Virus record (IMG/VR): IMGVR_UViG_3300031963_009342
Span: 1 to 64,000 of that record
Strand: one strand, 5' to 3'
Source of the DNA: a virus
DNA length: 64,000 bases
A program made the position numbers and the translations under genes. The notes under the pieces were generated by a model, which searched no databases, was not told the DNA's origin, and saw only the letters and a list, made by a program, of their open reading frames with translations. Positions 9,279 to 19,708 of this stretch are shown here, one piece after another (the first letter of the stretch is position 1; every line of letters begins with the position of its first letter).

Positions 9279-11783
9279 ATGGCAAATAGTCAAACATACG
9301 TAGATGGATTTACACCAACCGGCACACAGTTAACCACATTATCTGATATTCAAGGATCTGGCTTGAGATTACCCGCGCCTACGGCAAATTATATTAACAT
9401 ACGTTCTCCAGGCAAAATAGAAACGTTATTTAACGCACAAGGCAATTCAAATACCTTATATACAACAAATAAACCTCAAGATTTATACCTAAAAGGACCA
9501 TTTGCCAGTCAAATGTTCGTATATAAAAGTATAGAGGAAGGTCAACGAAATAAACTTACAACAGTATTTCAAGCATCACGTCAAGATACAACTAGAGTAA
9601 CTAAATTCTTAGGATCCGCTGCGGGAACACGTTTTATACTAAAACAACTCACACTTCAAGGTTTTCAACCACACGATGAAACTAAAGTATACAATCCAGC
9701 TTCGCCTATTATAGCGGCTTTAAGATTGGCGTCGCTTGGCTCAATTGATAGACCGACTCGTCACTTGGATACGAGTAATATAGTTGGTGGATTGTTAGGG
9801 GCTAGCGGCCTGGGCAGTGTCGTAAGAACCGTAGGAGGACTATTTGGGGGTGGTGGACCATCTATACCAGCACCTCCTAGAAGTAGCGTTGCAAGTGAAG
9901 CTAGTGGTGGATTAGGATTGTCTACATTTACTTCTTTACTTGGTGGAGCTGATCGATCTGATAGAGTTGTCGCTCCTTTAGCAAGGCCTGATGTAAGAGA
10001 TTTATTGAGAGGACAAACTGCTACAAATGCTTACAACGCTACTCGTTACGGCAAGCTGGTAGCGAGTGGTGGTGGTAACTTTTTTACGAGATTGTTAGGC
10101 GGAGTAGGAAACTTTTTACAAAACAATACTTTGATCGGCGGCATTATACCTCCTAAACAACCGTGGAAAGCTAATTATCGTGCTGATGAACAGACTTATG
10201 ATTTGTATTTGAACGCAGGAGGACTATTTGATACTTTTAATGTTACCCCAACAAAAAGTGGTGGTATTTTAAGTGGATTGAAGAAAACACTTGGTATAGG
10301 AACAACACAAAAATTTACAGGAGTAAGAACCAATCAAAGATTCTATCATGGAAGTACAAACCCTTCATCCATGCTTAGATCTGATAACTATATAAAAACA
10401 TTTGGAGACCAATATCAACAGACCGCTGTTGGTGTAGTTACATTTCAAGGATCAACTAATTACAACAATGTTGAACAATTACAAAGTTCAGACTTCAGTC
10501 GGACTGCTAAAGATAGTTTTGGTAATCCAATTGTTGTAGATGGCAAGAGCACCAGTCAACTTAAATATACAGATGTAGTTAAAGCTGATAGAAATAATGG
10601 TACCAATCTAGAACAAAGCGATCAATTATTAAACTATAAAGTATTAATTGAAAACGTTGATAATTTACAAGACACGTTTAGCGATCAGACAAAAGTTCCT
10701 ACAGACTTAATAATAAAAAATTTAGATAAAGCAATTGAAAATATAGTAGGAAACTCGGCAAATGATTTATATTCTATTAACTCTATAGGAAACAAAAACG
10801 CTAAACCACTTCAGTTTGCTAAATATGGAAACCAAAGTGAAGTTGGTATGAGTTATCTTGAAGATGTAAAAACCAAATATACTGACAAATTTACCGGATC
10901 TCCTGATAATTTAAATTTTCCAACCAGACTAGGAAAAAAATATGGAAAAGACAGATTTATACAACCCACAAATAATGTGGATTACGTAAACTCGTTGAAT
11001 GTATTAAACCAAGAACAGTTTGATAAACAATACGGAAAAGATTCTGAATATGGTGGTTTTGGACCTGATATAATAAAATTTTATTTTTATGATATTATTA
11101 ATCAAAAATATATACCATTTAGTGCTACTATAAAAGGCATTCAAGACAGTAATACGGCTGAATGGGAAACAATTGAATATTTAGGAAGACCTGATAAACT
11201 TTACTATTACAAAGGATTTACGAGAGAAGTGGGGTTCAGTTTTACAGTTAACGCACATAGTATTAAAGAACTGTTACCGATGTGGTCAAGAATAAATTAT
11301 CTAATAGGATTGACACGACCTGCTAATTACACACTTGGTGACGTTGGTGGATACGTAGTTCCGCCGATGGTTCAATTAACTCTCGGAGATTTTTACAAGA
11401 ACCATTTTGTACTAATAAGAACGTGTAATATTACTATACCAGACGACGCAACTTGGGAAACCATACCAGAAAACATGACATCTCCAAATGACACGTGGAG
11501 TTGGGGATCCAACAGAGCTTACAAATGGGACAGTAATAAAAATTTATTAAATTCGAGAAATGACAAGAGTTCTTCGGAAGGACGATTCGCTCAATTTCCT
11601 AGAACAGCCGAAATAAATTTACAAATGAATGTTCTAGAAAAAGATAAGCCAAAAACAGGTAGAGCTGTTTGGGGAGATGCTCCGATCCGTGAAAATGAAT
11701 CGTTTTTTGAAACTGTTAAAGGCGACACATTTAGTGAAAATGTACGATTTCCAATAGGAACACAATTGAATTATACTTCATAA
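9279..11783 (+). CDS. Baseplate / tail-tube initiator protein (gp48/gp54-like C-terminal domain)
   Basis: C-terminal tube-like motif W..IEYLGRPDKLYYYKGFTREVGFSF...PPMVQLTLGD; lies after the tape measure gene. Confidence 0.65.
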   Translation: MANSQTYVDGFTPTGTQLTTLSDIQGSGLRLPAPTANYINIRSPGKIETLFNAQGNSNTLYTTNKPQDLYLKGPFASQMFVYKSIEEGQRNKLTTVFQASRQDTTRVTKFLGSAAGTRFILKQLTLQGFQPHDETKVYNPASPIIAALRLASLGSIDRPTRHLDTSNIVGGLLGASGLGSVVRTVGGLFGGGGPSIPAPPRSSVASEASGGLGLSTFTSLLGGADRSDRVVAPLARPDVRDLLRGQTATNAYNATRYGKLVASGGGNFFTRLLGGVGNFLQNNTLIGGIIPPKQPWKANYRADEQTYDLYLNAGGLFDTFNVTPTKSGGILSGLKKTLGIGTTQKFTGVRTNQRFYHGSTNPSSMLRSDNYIKTFGDQYQQTAVGVVTFQGSTNYNNVEQLQSSDFSRTAKDSFGNPIVVDGKSTSQLKYTDVVKADRNNGTNLEQSDQLLNYKVLIENVDNLQDTFSDQTKVPTDLIIKNLDKAIENIVGNSANDLYSINSIGNKNAKPLQFAKYGNQSEVGMSYLEDVKTKYTDKFTGSPDNLNFPTRLGKKYGKDRFIQPTNNVDYVNSLNVLNQEQFDKQYGKDSEYGGFGPDIIKFYFYDIINQKYIPFSATIKGIQDSNTAEWETIEYLGRPDKLYYYKGFTREVGFSFTVNAHSIKELLPMWSRINYLIGLTRPANYTLGDVGGYVVPPMVQLTLGDFYKNHFVLIRTCNITIPDDATWETIPENMTSPNDTWSWGSNRAYKWDSNKNLLNSRNDKSSSEGRFAQFPRTAEINLQMNVLEKDKPKTGRAVWGDAPIRENESFFETVKGDTFSENVRFPIGTQLNYTS

Positions 11784-11820
11784 ACAACAACCGACGCAAA
11801 TATACACAAATACGTTTAAT

Positions 11821-12111
11821 ATGAGATATCAATTTACACCAGTTCAAAAACGATGGGACGGTAAAAATACATACAAAACTACGTATTATCCCATCATACC
11901 AGAATCGCCTGACGATTTTTATATTACTGTAAGTGAAGTTGATTATCTCGACAGTTTGGCTAAAAAATATTATGGCGATGAAAGTTTATGGTGGATCATT
12001 GCTAGAGCAAATAATTTAACTGGATATAAATTATCTGTCAATAACAATAAACAACTACGTATACCTGCTAACACATCTATCATATTTAATAATTTAAAAA
12101 ATATAAATTGA
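11821..12111 (+). CDS. LysM-type baseplate wedge protein (gp53-like)
   Basis: DYLDSLAKKYYGDESLWWIIARANNL...QLRIP. Confidence 0.85.
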   Translation: MRYQFTPVQKRWDGKNTYKTTYYPIIPESPDDFYITVSEVDYLDSLAKKYYGDESLWWIIARANNLTGYKLSVNNNKQLRIPANTSIIFNNLKNIN

Positions 12112-12115
12112 CCGT

Positions 12116-15100
12116 ATGGCACAAAATCAAGAAATATCTAATACGGCCCCATTGTGGTGGGAGTTGCAAAACATTCCGACGCAAGTTGTGAGAGAGTTGA
12201 GAAGACGTAGCAATTCTCAAAACATAGGATTGAGTGTTCCGTCTCCCTACATACCAACTTCAACATTTAATTTTGAATCCAACTATAACTCGTATAAGGG
12301 TCCGATGACTCCGTGGGTTAGAGTGTTTAGTAACAGTACAGGAAAATCCATAAACGGAATGGTACCACATAGTTCTTATTTAGACAGATATTATGTACCG
12401 GTTGATTATGATGGATTTATTTTAAAAGGAGGTGACGGTTTTTACGATGCTTTTGGATATGATTCAAAAATAGGTTTTAATCAAACAAATGCTATAATTG
12501 GTTACCAAGCCGATGGAAAACCTCATTTCATAGACGGATTATATCGTACACAACTAAACTATACAACGAGAACTGAAGGATATTTTCCACAAAATAATCA
12601 AACTCCATCGGTGTTACCGCCTCCTGGAATAACTCAGGTTACTGTTAAACAAAGCAAAGAATTTTTAACATACGCTACTATTAACTTTAAATGTTATGGG
12701 TTAGCACAACTAGAGTATTTAACTCCGTTTTTTCTGACTGCTGGAATAAATGTTTTTGTTGAGTTTGGATGGAACTTATTTAATCAAAAATCAATACTAA
12801 ATTTAGCAGATGAAAAGGAATGTTGGGAAATTATAGAAAAACCACAAACGGCTCTAGACAGAGCTAATGCATCAAATGGTAATTATGGATGTGTAAGTGG
12901 AATTGTAACCAAATATTCATTTGTTACGGTTGATGGATATACATATGATTGCACTACTGAACTTATTTCTAGACAAGGATTGTTCGCCGGTATGCGAACG
13001 GATACAAATGCTAAAATATCTGTAGGAGACAAAGACGGTGATAAAAATGATAAAGAATTCTTAGATTTAAGAACATTTTTTAAACTTTATTTGCCATCAA
13101 TAAATCAAGTATTGATGGAAAATCAAAATGAACCAAAAGCTAATTTTTTGAATTATATTATAGATAAAATAGATTCTATAAAACCTGATAAGTCACAAAA
13201 AGACGCCGACGCAAACGCGCAACAATCGGAGAAAAGTATAAGAACTGTTATTGAAACCGTTAAAAATTACAATAAAACCTTTTATGATGGTAAACCCGAA
13301 GATAGAGTTTTTATTGGCAGATTGGAAGAAGTTTACAAAAAGAAAAATTCCGTGAGTTCCGGACCTGTTATTAGTTATAGAAATATTAAACCGTTTTCAA
13401 AAGCACCGACATTAAGCCAGCTTTCTGACATTGATGTTAAAACTGATTTTGACGGTAAAGACGGCGCAAAAGAGGTTTGGATGCAATTAGATTTTGTGTT
13501 TGAATTGGTAAATCTGTTTATGTCAAATAGAAATACAAACCAATTTTTAATTGATATAAAAGATGTTATAGTAAATGCTCACCCAAACTTAATATCATGT
13601 GATAAAAATGTATTAATACCAAATCCGGTTGCGCCTAAAGTAAATAAAGGTACGGTTTATAAAAAAGGATCTCCAAACAGTGGTTATATTAAAACTAAAG
13701 ATACTTATGAAGATTTAACAATGTCAGATACAAGAGCTGTAACGGATTTTTTAAGCATAACACAGTTACAAAATTTTGATGTAGATCCGTTTATTTCACA
13801 ATTACAAGATATAACGGTTGAAAGAAATATAGAATTGGAAAATAAATATAAAAAAGCTAAAGATGAAAACGAGTTAAAAGAATTTTACAAAAGATTAACT
13901 GTAGAAGAAAGTTATTATTTGGCGTGTGAATCTGCTAGAAAAGCTTTTAAAACCGCCGGCCGTGTAAGAGACAATCTGGATATCGTTATTAATTATTTAT
14001 ATTATAATAGTATAAATAAAAACGCAGAGTCTATAGCAGCTTTTCCTTTTGCAAAAGAAACAAATGGTTACAAACAATACTATTATGGATACTTAAAACA
14101 CATTTATATCAGTAAAACAAAATTAATAGAAATTGTAAAATCCGAAGAAACAAAGGGATACAAACAGTTTATAACAGCTATATTAAATACACTAAATTCG
14201 TCAACTGAAAATTTTTGGAAGTTTGAAATTGTTGAAGGACAAGACAAAGATGGAAAGTCGACGGTGTCAATTATAGATAAAAATACGTCAAATTTGGATG
14301 CTTTAAAACAGATTTATACATTTGAATTGGGTAGTACAAATAATGTTGTACGAAGTATAGATTTCAATGTTAATTTAACAAATGAACAGGCTATAAACGT
14401 TTTGTTTGGAGGTCAAAATTCCGCTGTAGCTGGATTGAAAGACAAATATACATCTTCTATAAAAAATGCACAATCTGTTGGTGATGTTGAGGGTACATTG
14501 ACCGATTTAAGCAAAGTGCCATTTTTGAAATTTGTTGATAGAATGGATCGTTATCAACTAACCTTATTAGCTGAAAAACAAAAAGAACAATTAAAATCTT
14601 CACCTACATCTTCAACTGTACCTGGTACAACATCTGGTATAGAAAACGATAATAGTATGATTGAGTCTATACAAAAATATGGTCCGCAAGAATCAAATGG
14701 AATACTGTGTATGACTTTTAAACAAGTTTCGTCTGTATATGAAAACGACATAAAAATAATACAGAACGTTATAGGAACAGGCCGCGCGGACGCGTCTATT
14801 CGTGGACCGGCGCTTAAAAGATTAGATAATGTTCCTAAAAACTATAAATATTTGTGTCTGCCAAATGAACTTAGAGGTAAATTATTACAAATGTTAGACG
14901 ACGGTGATTATAGACATAATGCAGCAAAATATAGCGGCGTAGCAGATAATTTTACCGTAATTATAAAACTTGATGGTATTTTTTCATTTAAAAATCTACA
15001 AGTATTTGCTATAAATAATTTACCAAAACCATATGTGCCTGGAAATGTAATATTTCAAGTATTAGAAGTTGATCACGTTTTGACCGCTGGAAAATGGGAA

Positions 15101-15163
15101 ACGGTGGTCAACGCTTTGGTACGTTGTATCGGAGGCACAGACCTTGAATATGTTGTTATATGA
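12116..15163 (+). CDS. Large baseplate hub-like structural protein
   Basis: 1015 aa in the baseplate module; PPPGITQVTV..VFVEFGW and C-terminal FQVLEVDHVLTAGKWET resemble gp27/hub ends. Confidence 0.6.
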   Translation: MAQNQEISNTAPLWWELQNIPTQVVRELRRRSNSQNIGLSVPSPYIPTSTFNFESNYNSYKGPMTPWVRVFSNSTGKSINGMVPHSSYLDRYYVPVDYDGFILKGGDGFYDAFGYDSKIGFNQTNAIIGYQADGKPHFIDGLYRTQLNYTTRTEGYFPQNNQTPSVLPPPGITQVTVKQSKEFLTYATINFKCYGLAQLEYLTPFFLTAGINVFVEFGWNLFNQKSILNLADEKECWEIIEKPQTALDRANASNGNYGCVSGIVTKYSFVTVDGYTYDCTTELISRQGLFAGMRTDTNAKISVGDKDGDKNDKEFLDLRTFFKLYLPSINQVLMENQNEPKANFLNYIIDKIDSIKPDKSQKDADANAQQSEKSIRTVIETVKNYNKTFYDGKPEDRVFIGRLEEVYKKKNSVSSGPVISYRNIKPFSKAPTLSQLSDIDVKTDFDGKDGAKEVWMQLDFVFELVNLFMSNRNTNQFLIDIKDVIVNAHPNLISCDKNVLIPNPVAPKVNKGTVYKKGSPNSGYIKTKDTYEDLTMSDTRAVTDFLSITQLQNFDVDPFISQLQDITVERNIELENKYKKAKDENELKEFYKRLTVEESYYLACESARKAFKTAGRVRDNLDIVINYLYYNSINKNAESIAAFPFAKETNGYKQYYYGYLKHIYISKTKLIEIVKSEETKGYKQFITAILNTLNSSTENFWKFEIVEGQDKDGKSTVSIIDKNTSNLDALKQIYTFELGSTNNVVRSIDFNVNLTNEQAINVLFGGQNSAVAGLKDKYTSSIKNAQSVGDVEGTLTDLSKVPFLKFVDRMDRYQLTLLAEKQKEQLKSSPTSSTVPGTTSGIENDNSMIESIQKYGPQESNGILCMTFKQVSSVYENDIKIIQNVIGTGRADASIRGPALKRLDNVPKNYKYLCLPNELRGKLLQMLDDGDYRHNAAKYSGVADNFTVIIKLDGIFSFKNLQVFAINNLPKPYVPGNVIFQVLEVDHVLTAGKWETVVNALVRCIGGTDLEYVVI

Positions 15164-15543
15164 TAAAAGATACCCCCGATAATATTGCATCAATTGTAGG
15201 ATTAAATTCGTATACATACACGAATCCTACCACATACACCCCCGTCATAAGTGAAAACGATTATGATTATGGATATATCAGCAGATTTTTCGTCGCAAAA
15301 ATTAATTATTTTGATGTATACGAAACCAATAACAAAGATTTTAATTTGGCGAATGATTCTTTTTATAAAAAAATAAAGATTGATTGGAAGATTACTGGAC
15401 CAGAATTCAATATATACAAAGGCAAGGTTTTAGAAACAACAGGAGTTGTTAATTATAACGTTTTACAAATCAAAGCAGCATCTTCGTATATACCAAACAT
15501 CGGGGTTATTTTAAATAATCCAAAACAGTTTTGGAAAGGATAA
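15160..15543 (+). CDS. Hypothetical (baseplate-associated) protein
   Basis: 127 aa, overlaps the upstream stop (ATGA coupling). Confidence 0.6.
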   Translation: MIKDTPDNIASIVGLNSYTYTNPTTYTPVISENDYDYGYISRFFVAKINYFDVYETNNKDFNLANDSFYKKIKIDWKITGPEFNIYKGKVLETTGVVNYNVLQIKAASSYIPNIGVILNNPKQFWKG

Positions 15544-15546
15544 TAG

Positions 15547-15574
15547 TTGACTTTTATTTTACTATGTGTAGTAT
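15547..15574 (+). promoter_or_regulatory. sigma70-like promoter
   Basis: TTGACT-16-TAGTAT ending 6 nt before GTG 15581. Confidence 0.6.
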
Positions 15575-15580
15575 TAAGAT

Positions 15581-16876
15581 GTGAAGTACACATCAAAAAT
15601 TTACCTTAAATTAATAACCAGAGACAACAATTGTCACAGTAAAAGTGACAATATAATCGCGGCGTTTGTTTATGATTTTGGTACCCGACAAAAATATTAC
15701 TATAATATAAGTCATCCGGACGTTGCAACGAATTCATCGCTTGACGAGATAAAGAATGAGTTAAAAAACAGTTCGTATTCGGTTTATGTAAAAAATAAAA
15801 AAACTTATAAGTATTACATTGATTGTAACTTATTTGACGTGAATCTTTTTAGTTTTATTAATAACAATCAAATATTAAATGACATTAGTTGTGAATGTAA
15901 AGATTTTTTGCAGAACAACTATCACAACATTAAAGATTATAACGTAATCGTTCCGTATGTGACACACCAGCGCTGTTTTGATGATGAAGTGGAACAAATC
16001 AAACATTTATCAAACGAAGACGTTGATACGTATTGTTACAAATTTTTCAACAACGTTATTACTGATACGTTATATGAAGTTGAAAAAAATGGACTAAAAA
16101 TAGATTCCGACTTGTTTAAAACTCATTTTAAAGCCCGTACTTATGATGGATATGTTTATACAAGTTATAATATTTACAATCCCACGGGTAGACCCAGTAA
16201 TTCATATGATGGCGTAAACTACGTAGCTTTAAAGAAAGATAATGGATGTAGATCCAGTTTTATATCCAGATATGGAATTTCTGGTTACTTATTGATGGTA
16301 GATTTTACAGGTTTTCATCCTTATATTGTTGCCAATTTAATTGATTATAAAGTACCTGAATCAGAGACGATATATGAGTATTTAGCCAAACAATATTACA
16401 ACACCGATTCAATTTCGTCTGAACTGCTTAATAAGGCTAAAAAGTTGACATTGGTTAATTTATACGGTCAAATAAATGATGACTATATAAACATAGATTA
16501 TTTTAAAAAAACAGAACAATTAAAAACTGAGTATTGGAACAAATTTCTTAAAAAAGGTTATGTTACAACACCTATTTATAAACGAAAAATAACAACTAAA
16601 CACGTATCGGATCCAAATAAAAACAAATTATTTGCGTATATTATTCAAGCTGCGGAAACTGAATATGGTATGGATAGATTAAAGTCGTGTCTTAAATTTT
16701 CATCCGACAAACAAATAACTACTGTATTGTACAATTACGATGCTATATTATTTGACGTGGGGATAGTAGATGCAAATGATATACGTGATTTAGTTGATAT
16801 AATAAAAAACAAAAAATTCAAAGTTAAGGTTTATAAAGGAAATAATTATAATGATTTGAAATTAGTGTCGTTGTAA
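15581..16876 (+). CDS. Compact, divergent family A DNA polymerase
   Basis: VEKNGLKID, TGRPS, motif A-like DFTGFHP, motif B-like AKKLTLVNLYG, IQAAET and motif C-like YNYDAILFD. Confidence 0.8.
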   Translation: MKYTSKIYLKLITRDNNCHSKSDNIIAAFVYDFGTRQKYYYNISHPDVATNSSLDEIKNELKNSSYSVYVKNKKTYKYYIDCNLFDVNLFSFINNNQILNDISCECKDFLQNNYHNIKDYNVIVPYVTHQRCFDDEVEQIKHLSNEDVDTYCYKFFNNVITDTLYEVEKNGLKIDSDLFKTHFKARTYDGYVYTSYNIYNPTGRPSNSYDGVNYVALKKDNGCRSSFISRYGISGYLLMVDFTGFHPYIVANLIDYKVPESETIYEYLAKQYYNTDSISSELLNKAKKLTLVNLYGQINDDYINIDYFKKTEQLKTEYWNKFLKKGYVTTPIYKRKITTKHVSDPNKNKLFAYIIQAAETEYGMDRLKSCLKFSSDKQITTVLYNYDAILFDVGIVDANDIRDLVDIIKNKKFKVKVYKGNNYNDLKLVSL

Positions 16877-16903
16877 ATATATTTATATCTATATTTATAA
16901 TAG

Positions 16904-19198
16904 ATGAACTTTAAATCATTAATAAACGATATTTGTTGTGACGGTCGTATAAAGGGTGGATTCATAGATCTTAAAAACGCAGATCATGTTTTTGTGCTTC
17001 AAGAATATCTTGAAAAGAATGGTTACGACGTAAATGAAATAGTAGAAAAAACCGCTGACTTATTTGAAGCTGGTAGATTTCCTGAAAGACAGGCATATAA
17101 CAAAGACGGTATATTGGTAACATTTCCAAACAAATCTTATAGAGATCGTGCAGTAAACAAAGGTACACATTTTGCTGAAAATCCAAAAAAAGCTGATACT
17201 AATATTTTTACAACTCCTCCGCCTGATGTATCTACTAATACCGAACCAAGTAAAAAAACAGTTTCTATAGACCAGGAATTAACTGGAGACGTCGAGGATA
17301 CTCAACAAGACAAGAGAACCTCTCAAGAAAAAGAATTTGATGCTAACGACGTATTGTCTATGCTTATAGGACAATCACCACTCGTAAATTACAGTGTAGA
17401 TGAAGCTAAACGATTTGGTTTTTATAAAAAAGGTTTTAAATGGTATAATTCTGAGGGTGAATATATTGGACAACAAATATACGATGAATCCGTTTCTAAA
17501 AAAGTAATTGTGTCGGATGCTATATCTCCCACCGTATATATGAAAAAAGCGGAAAAGATCAAAGATTTAATACATCCCGATCTTTTAAAAAAGCTTGATT
17601 TCTTAAAATCAGCAGATAAAACAAAACGAACTCAAATATTTGAAACAATTCCTATATTAACCGCTTTTGGTATTACAGAGTTTGAAAATCTCCAAACAGG
17701 AGGAGACTATATTGATTACGCAATAGGTTTTTTAAACGATTGGGGTAAGTTGAGATCAAAACTTGAAACGATACAAAATCCTAAAGCAAAAGAAGAAAAC
17801 TTAAAAATATATGAGTTAGTAGACAAAGATTTAAAAAATATAGGAGGTGAAGGTGTAACTCTGGCGGAACTTGGTACCCCTAGCGATTTTATACACAAAT
17901 CTATACGAACATTTTATGATGCAGCTAACGTATACAATAATAAATTTTTAAAAGGACAAAAAGAAACAAAAGAAAATACAGCTGATATCATTTTAATATA
18001 TGGAGGAAAATCCAACGATGTTATAACTGCTTTGAAAAATGGTCAAATAGAAGACACGGATGTAGATTCAATGGCGAAAATTAAAGATAAAAATATAAAA
18101 TTTGCTTTAATTAGTTTAAAGGCCGGTACTGCTCGTTTGGGACACGTATTAACACAATTGGCACAATATGTAGGTCAAACTCTGTCAGCACAGCCATCGT
18201 CTGAGAAATTGAACGAAGGTATAATTGACACAATTTCAAATAGCATAAAAACCGCTATAGATAAAATAAAAAATATTCCTGATATCGTTAAAAACTATTA
18301 TGAATCTTTTATAAAATCTATAAATCCATTTACCAACAAAATACACAACTTCTTTTTTAAAGAACTCAACGTTGATGTAACTCAAATTGAATCTACTGCG
18401 TTTAAAAAACTAGAAAGTTTAGAAAATGAAATTGAAAAAGAAATAGGATCGCTAAATGAAGACGTTGAAAAATGTGATGATGCTCATGCGTTATATACAG
18501 GAACAATTGATAAAAATCTAAAATCGTTCAAAACTGTACTACAGTCTAATGTGGAAGATATATCACTTTTAAACAAAATAATAGAATTGTCAAACAATCA
18601 AATATTGATTGAATTTTTTCCTATCAGTATAGAAAAACTGGAAATGGAACAAATTAAAAATCTTAAAAAATCTATTGTATATACTATAGACCAAATACAA
18701 AAGGATTATAGTATTAACGACTGCTTAGAAAGAGATACACTAAGACCTATATTTAAATACAGAGCTAATGTTTTAGCTTTAAAATATATTGATCTCATAA
18801 TGAATAATGTGCTTAAAGATGTCAATACATCTAATCCAAATCTAATACGAGACGAATTTATTAAACTTTCAAGCTTGTTATCATCTGAAGCTGTATTTGG
18901 TACAAATGTTAGTTTGCCTCTGATTAAATTTACCGGTAAAAAAATAGAAAAACTAAAATATAAGAGCAATTTTAAATTAGAACTACCTGAAAAGTATAAA
19001 GATATAAAATTGGGAAAGATTCGTATCAATGTAGTACCGGATGAGGGTTATTTAACTGTAAATTTATATTTGTTTATAGGTATCACAATGAAAGATGACA
19101 TCGCGACACCTACATATGCCAACTATTTAATGGATAGTAGCAGTGGAAGCAAATTTACATTCAAAGTTGAAGGGCAGAAAGTAGTGGAAAAATTATGA
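16904..19198 (+). CDS. Large hypothetical protein, possible virion-packaged PD-(D/E)XK nuclease
   Basis: 764 aa; ENTADIIL...ISLK motif; preceded by a double TATTTATA. Confidence 0.5.
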   Translation: MNFKSLINDICCDGRIKGGFIDLKNADHVFVLQEYLEKNGYDVNEIVEKTADLFEAGRFPERQAYNKDGILVTFPNKSYRDRAVNKGTHFAENPKKADTNIFTTPPPDVSTNTEPSKKTVSIDQELTGDVEDTQQDKRTSQEKEFDANDVLSMLIGQSPLVNYSVDEAKRFGFYKKGFKWYNSEGEYIGQQIYDESVSKKVIVSDAISPTVYMKKAEKIKDLIHPDLLKKLDFLKSADKTKRTQIFETIPILTAFGITEFENLQTGGDYIDYAIGFLNDWGKLRSKLETIQNPKAKEENLKIYELVDKDLKNIGGEGVTLAELGTPSDFIHKSIRTFYDAANVYNNKFLKGQKETKENTADIILIYGGKSNDVITALKNGQIEDTDVDSMAKIKDKNIKFALISLKAGTARLGHVLTQLAQYVGQTLSAQPSSEKLNEGIIDTISNSIKTAIDKIKNIPDIVKNYYESFIKSINPFTNKIHNFFFKELNVDVTQIESTAFKKLESLENEIEKEIGSLNEDVEKCDDAHALYTGTIDKNLKSFKTVLQSNVEDISLLNKIIELSNNQILIEFFPISIEKLEMEQIKNLKKSIVYTIDQIQKDYSINDCLERDTLRPIFKYRANVLALKYIDLIMNNVLKDVNTSNPNLIRDEFIKLSSLLSSEAVFGTNVSLPLIKFTGKKIEKLKYKSNFKLELPEKYKDIKLGKIRINVVPDEGYLTVNLYLFIGITMKDDIATPTYANYLMDSSSGSKFTFKVEGQKVVEKL

Positions 19199-19590
19199 TA
19201 ACACAAAAGCAATTGCTTTGTACATTTTCAAATAACGTTCAATATACAGAGACACTAAAAGAAATTAACAAACAGTACCATTTAATAGATGGTAAAATTT
19301 TTGTATTTGCTAACGAAAAAAATTTAAGAGAACTTTATTTAACATTTAACGTTGTAAAAAAAGAAGAAATTCGTAGATATAAAGGTACCATAAGCATACA
19401 TCGTAAAAAACAAACAAATACGTTATACACATTAAACGCCATGAATCGTTTAATTGAAGATGAGAATAATGGTGTATTTGACAAAAATTTTCAATTAAAT
19501 TGGAACAATTATAAAAATTCAATTATTTTAACAAATGAAATAGGAGTTAAAATTGTTTCATTAAAATTATTTTCTGTGTTTGATGTTTGA
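19195..19590 (+). CDS. Hypothetical phage protein
   Basis: 131 aa (QLLCTF...IHRKKQTNTLYTLNAMN), ATGA-coupled to the upstream gene and preceding gp32. Confidence 0.7.
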   Translation: MITQKQLLCTFSNNVQYTETLKEINKQYHLIDGKIFVFANEKNLRELYLTFNVVKKEEIRRYKGTISIHRKKQTNTLYTLNAMNRLIEDENNGVFDKNFQLNWNNYKNSIILTNEIGVKIVSLKLFSVFDV

Positions 19591-19594
19591 TAGT

Positions 19595-19708
19595 TATTTA
19601 TAACTTGATTTTGACATATACACGTTGTATGATCAAATCAAGTTGGTTATCTGAGTCGTGTGACTCAAAATAATTAACTAATTAAACAATTAAACAATTA
19701 AATAAATT
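19595..19708 (+). promoter_or_regulatory. gp32 leader: TATTTATA motif, sigma70-like promoter, two hairpins and AATTAAAC repeats
   Basis: TATTTATA at 19595; TTGATT-17-TATGAT at 19605-19633; inverted repeat AACTTGATTT/AAATCAAGTT; TGAGTC-gtgt-GACTCA; tandem AATTAAAC. Confidence 0.65.
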
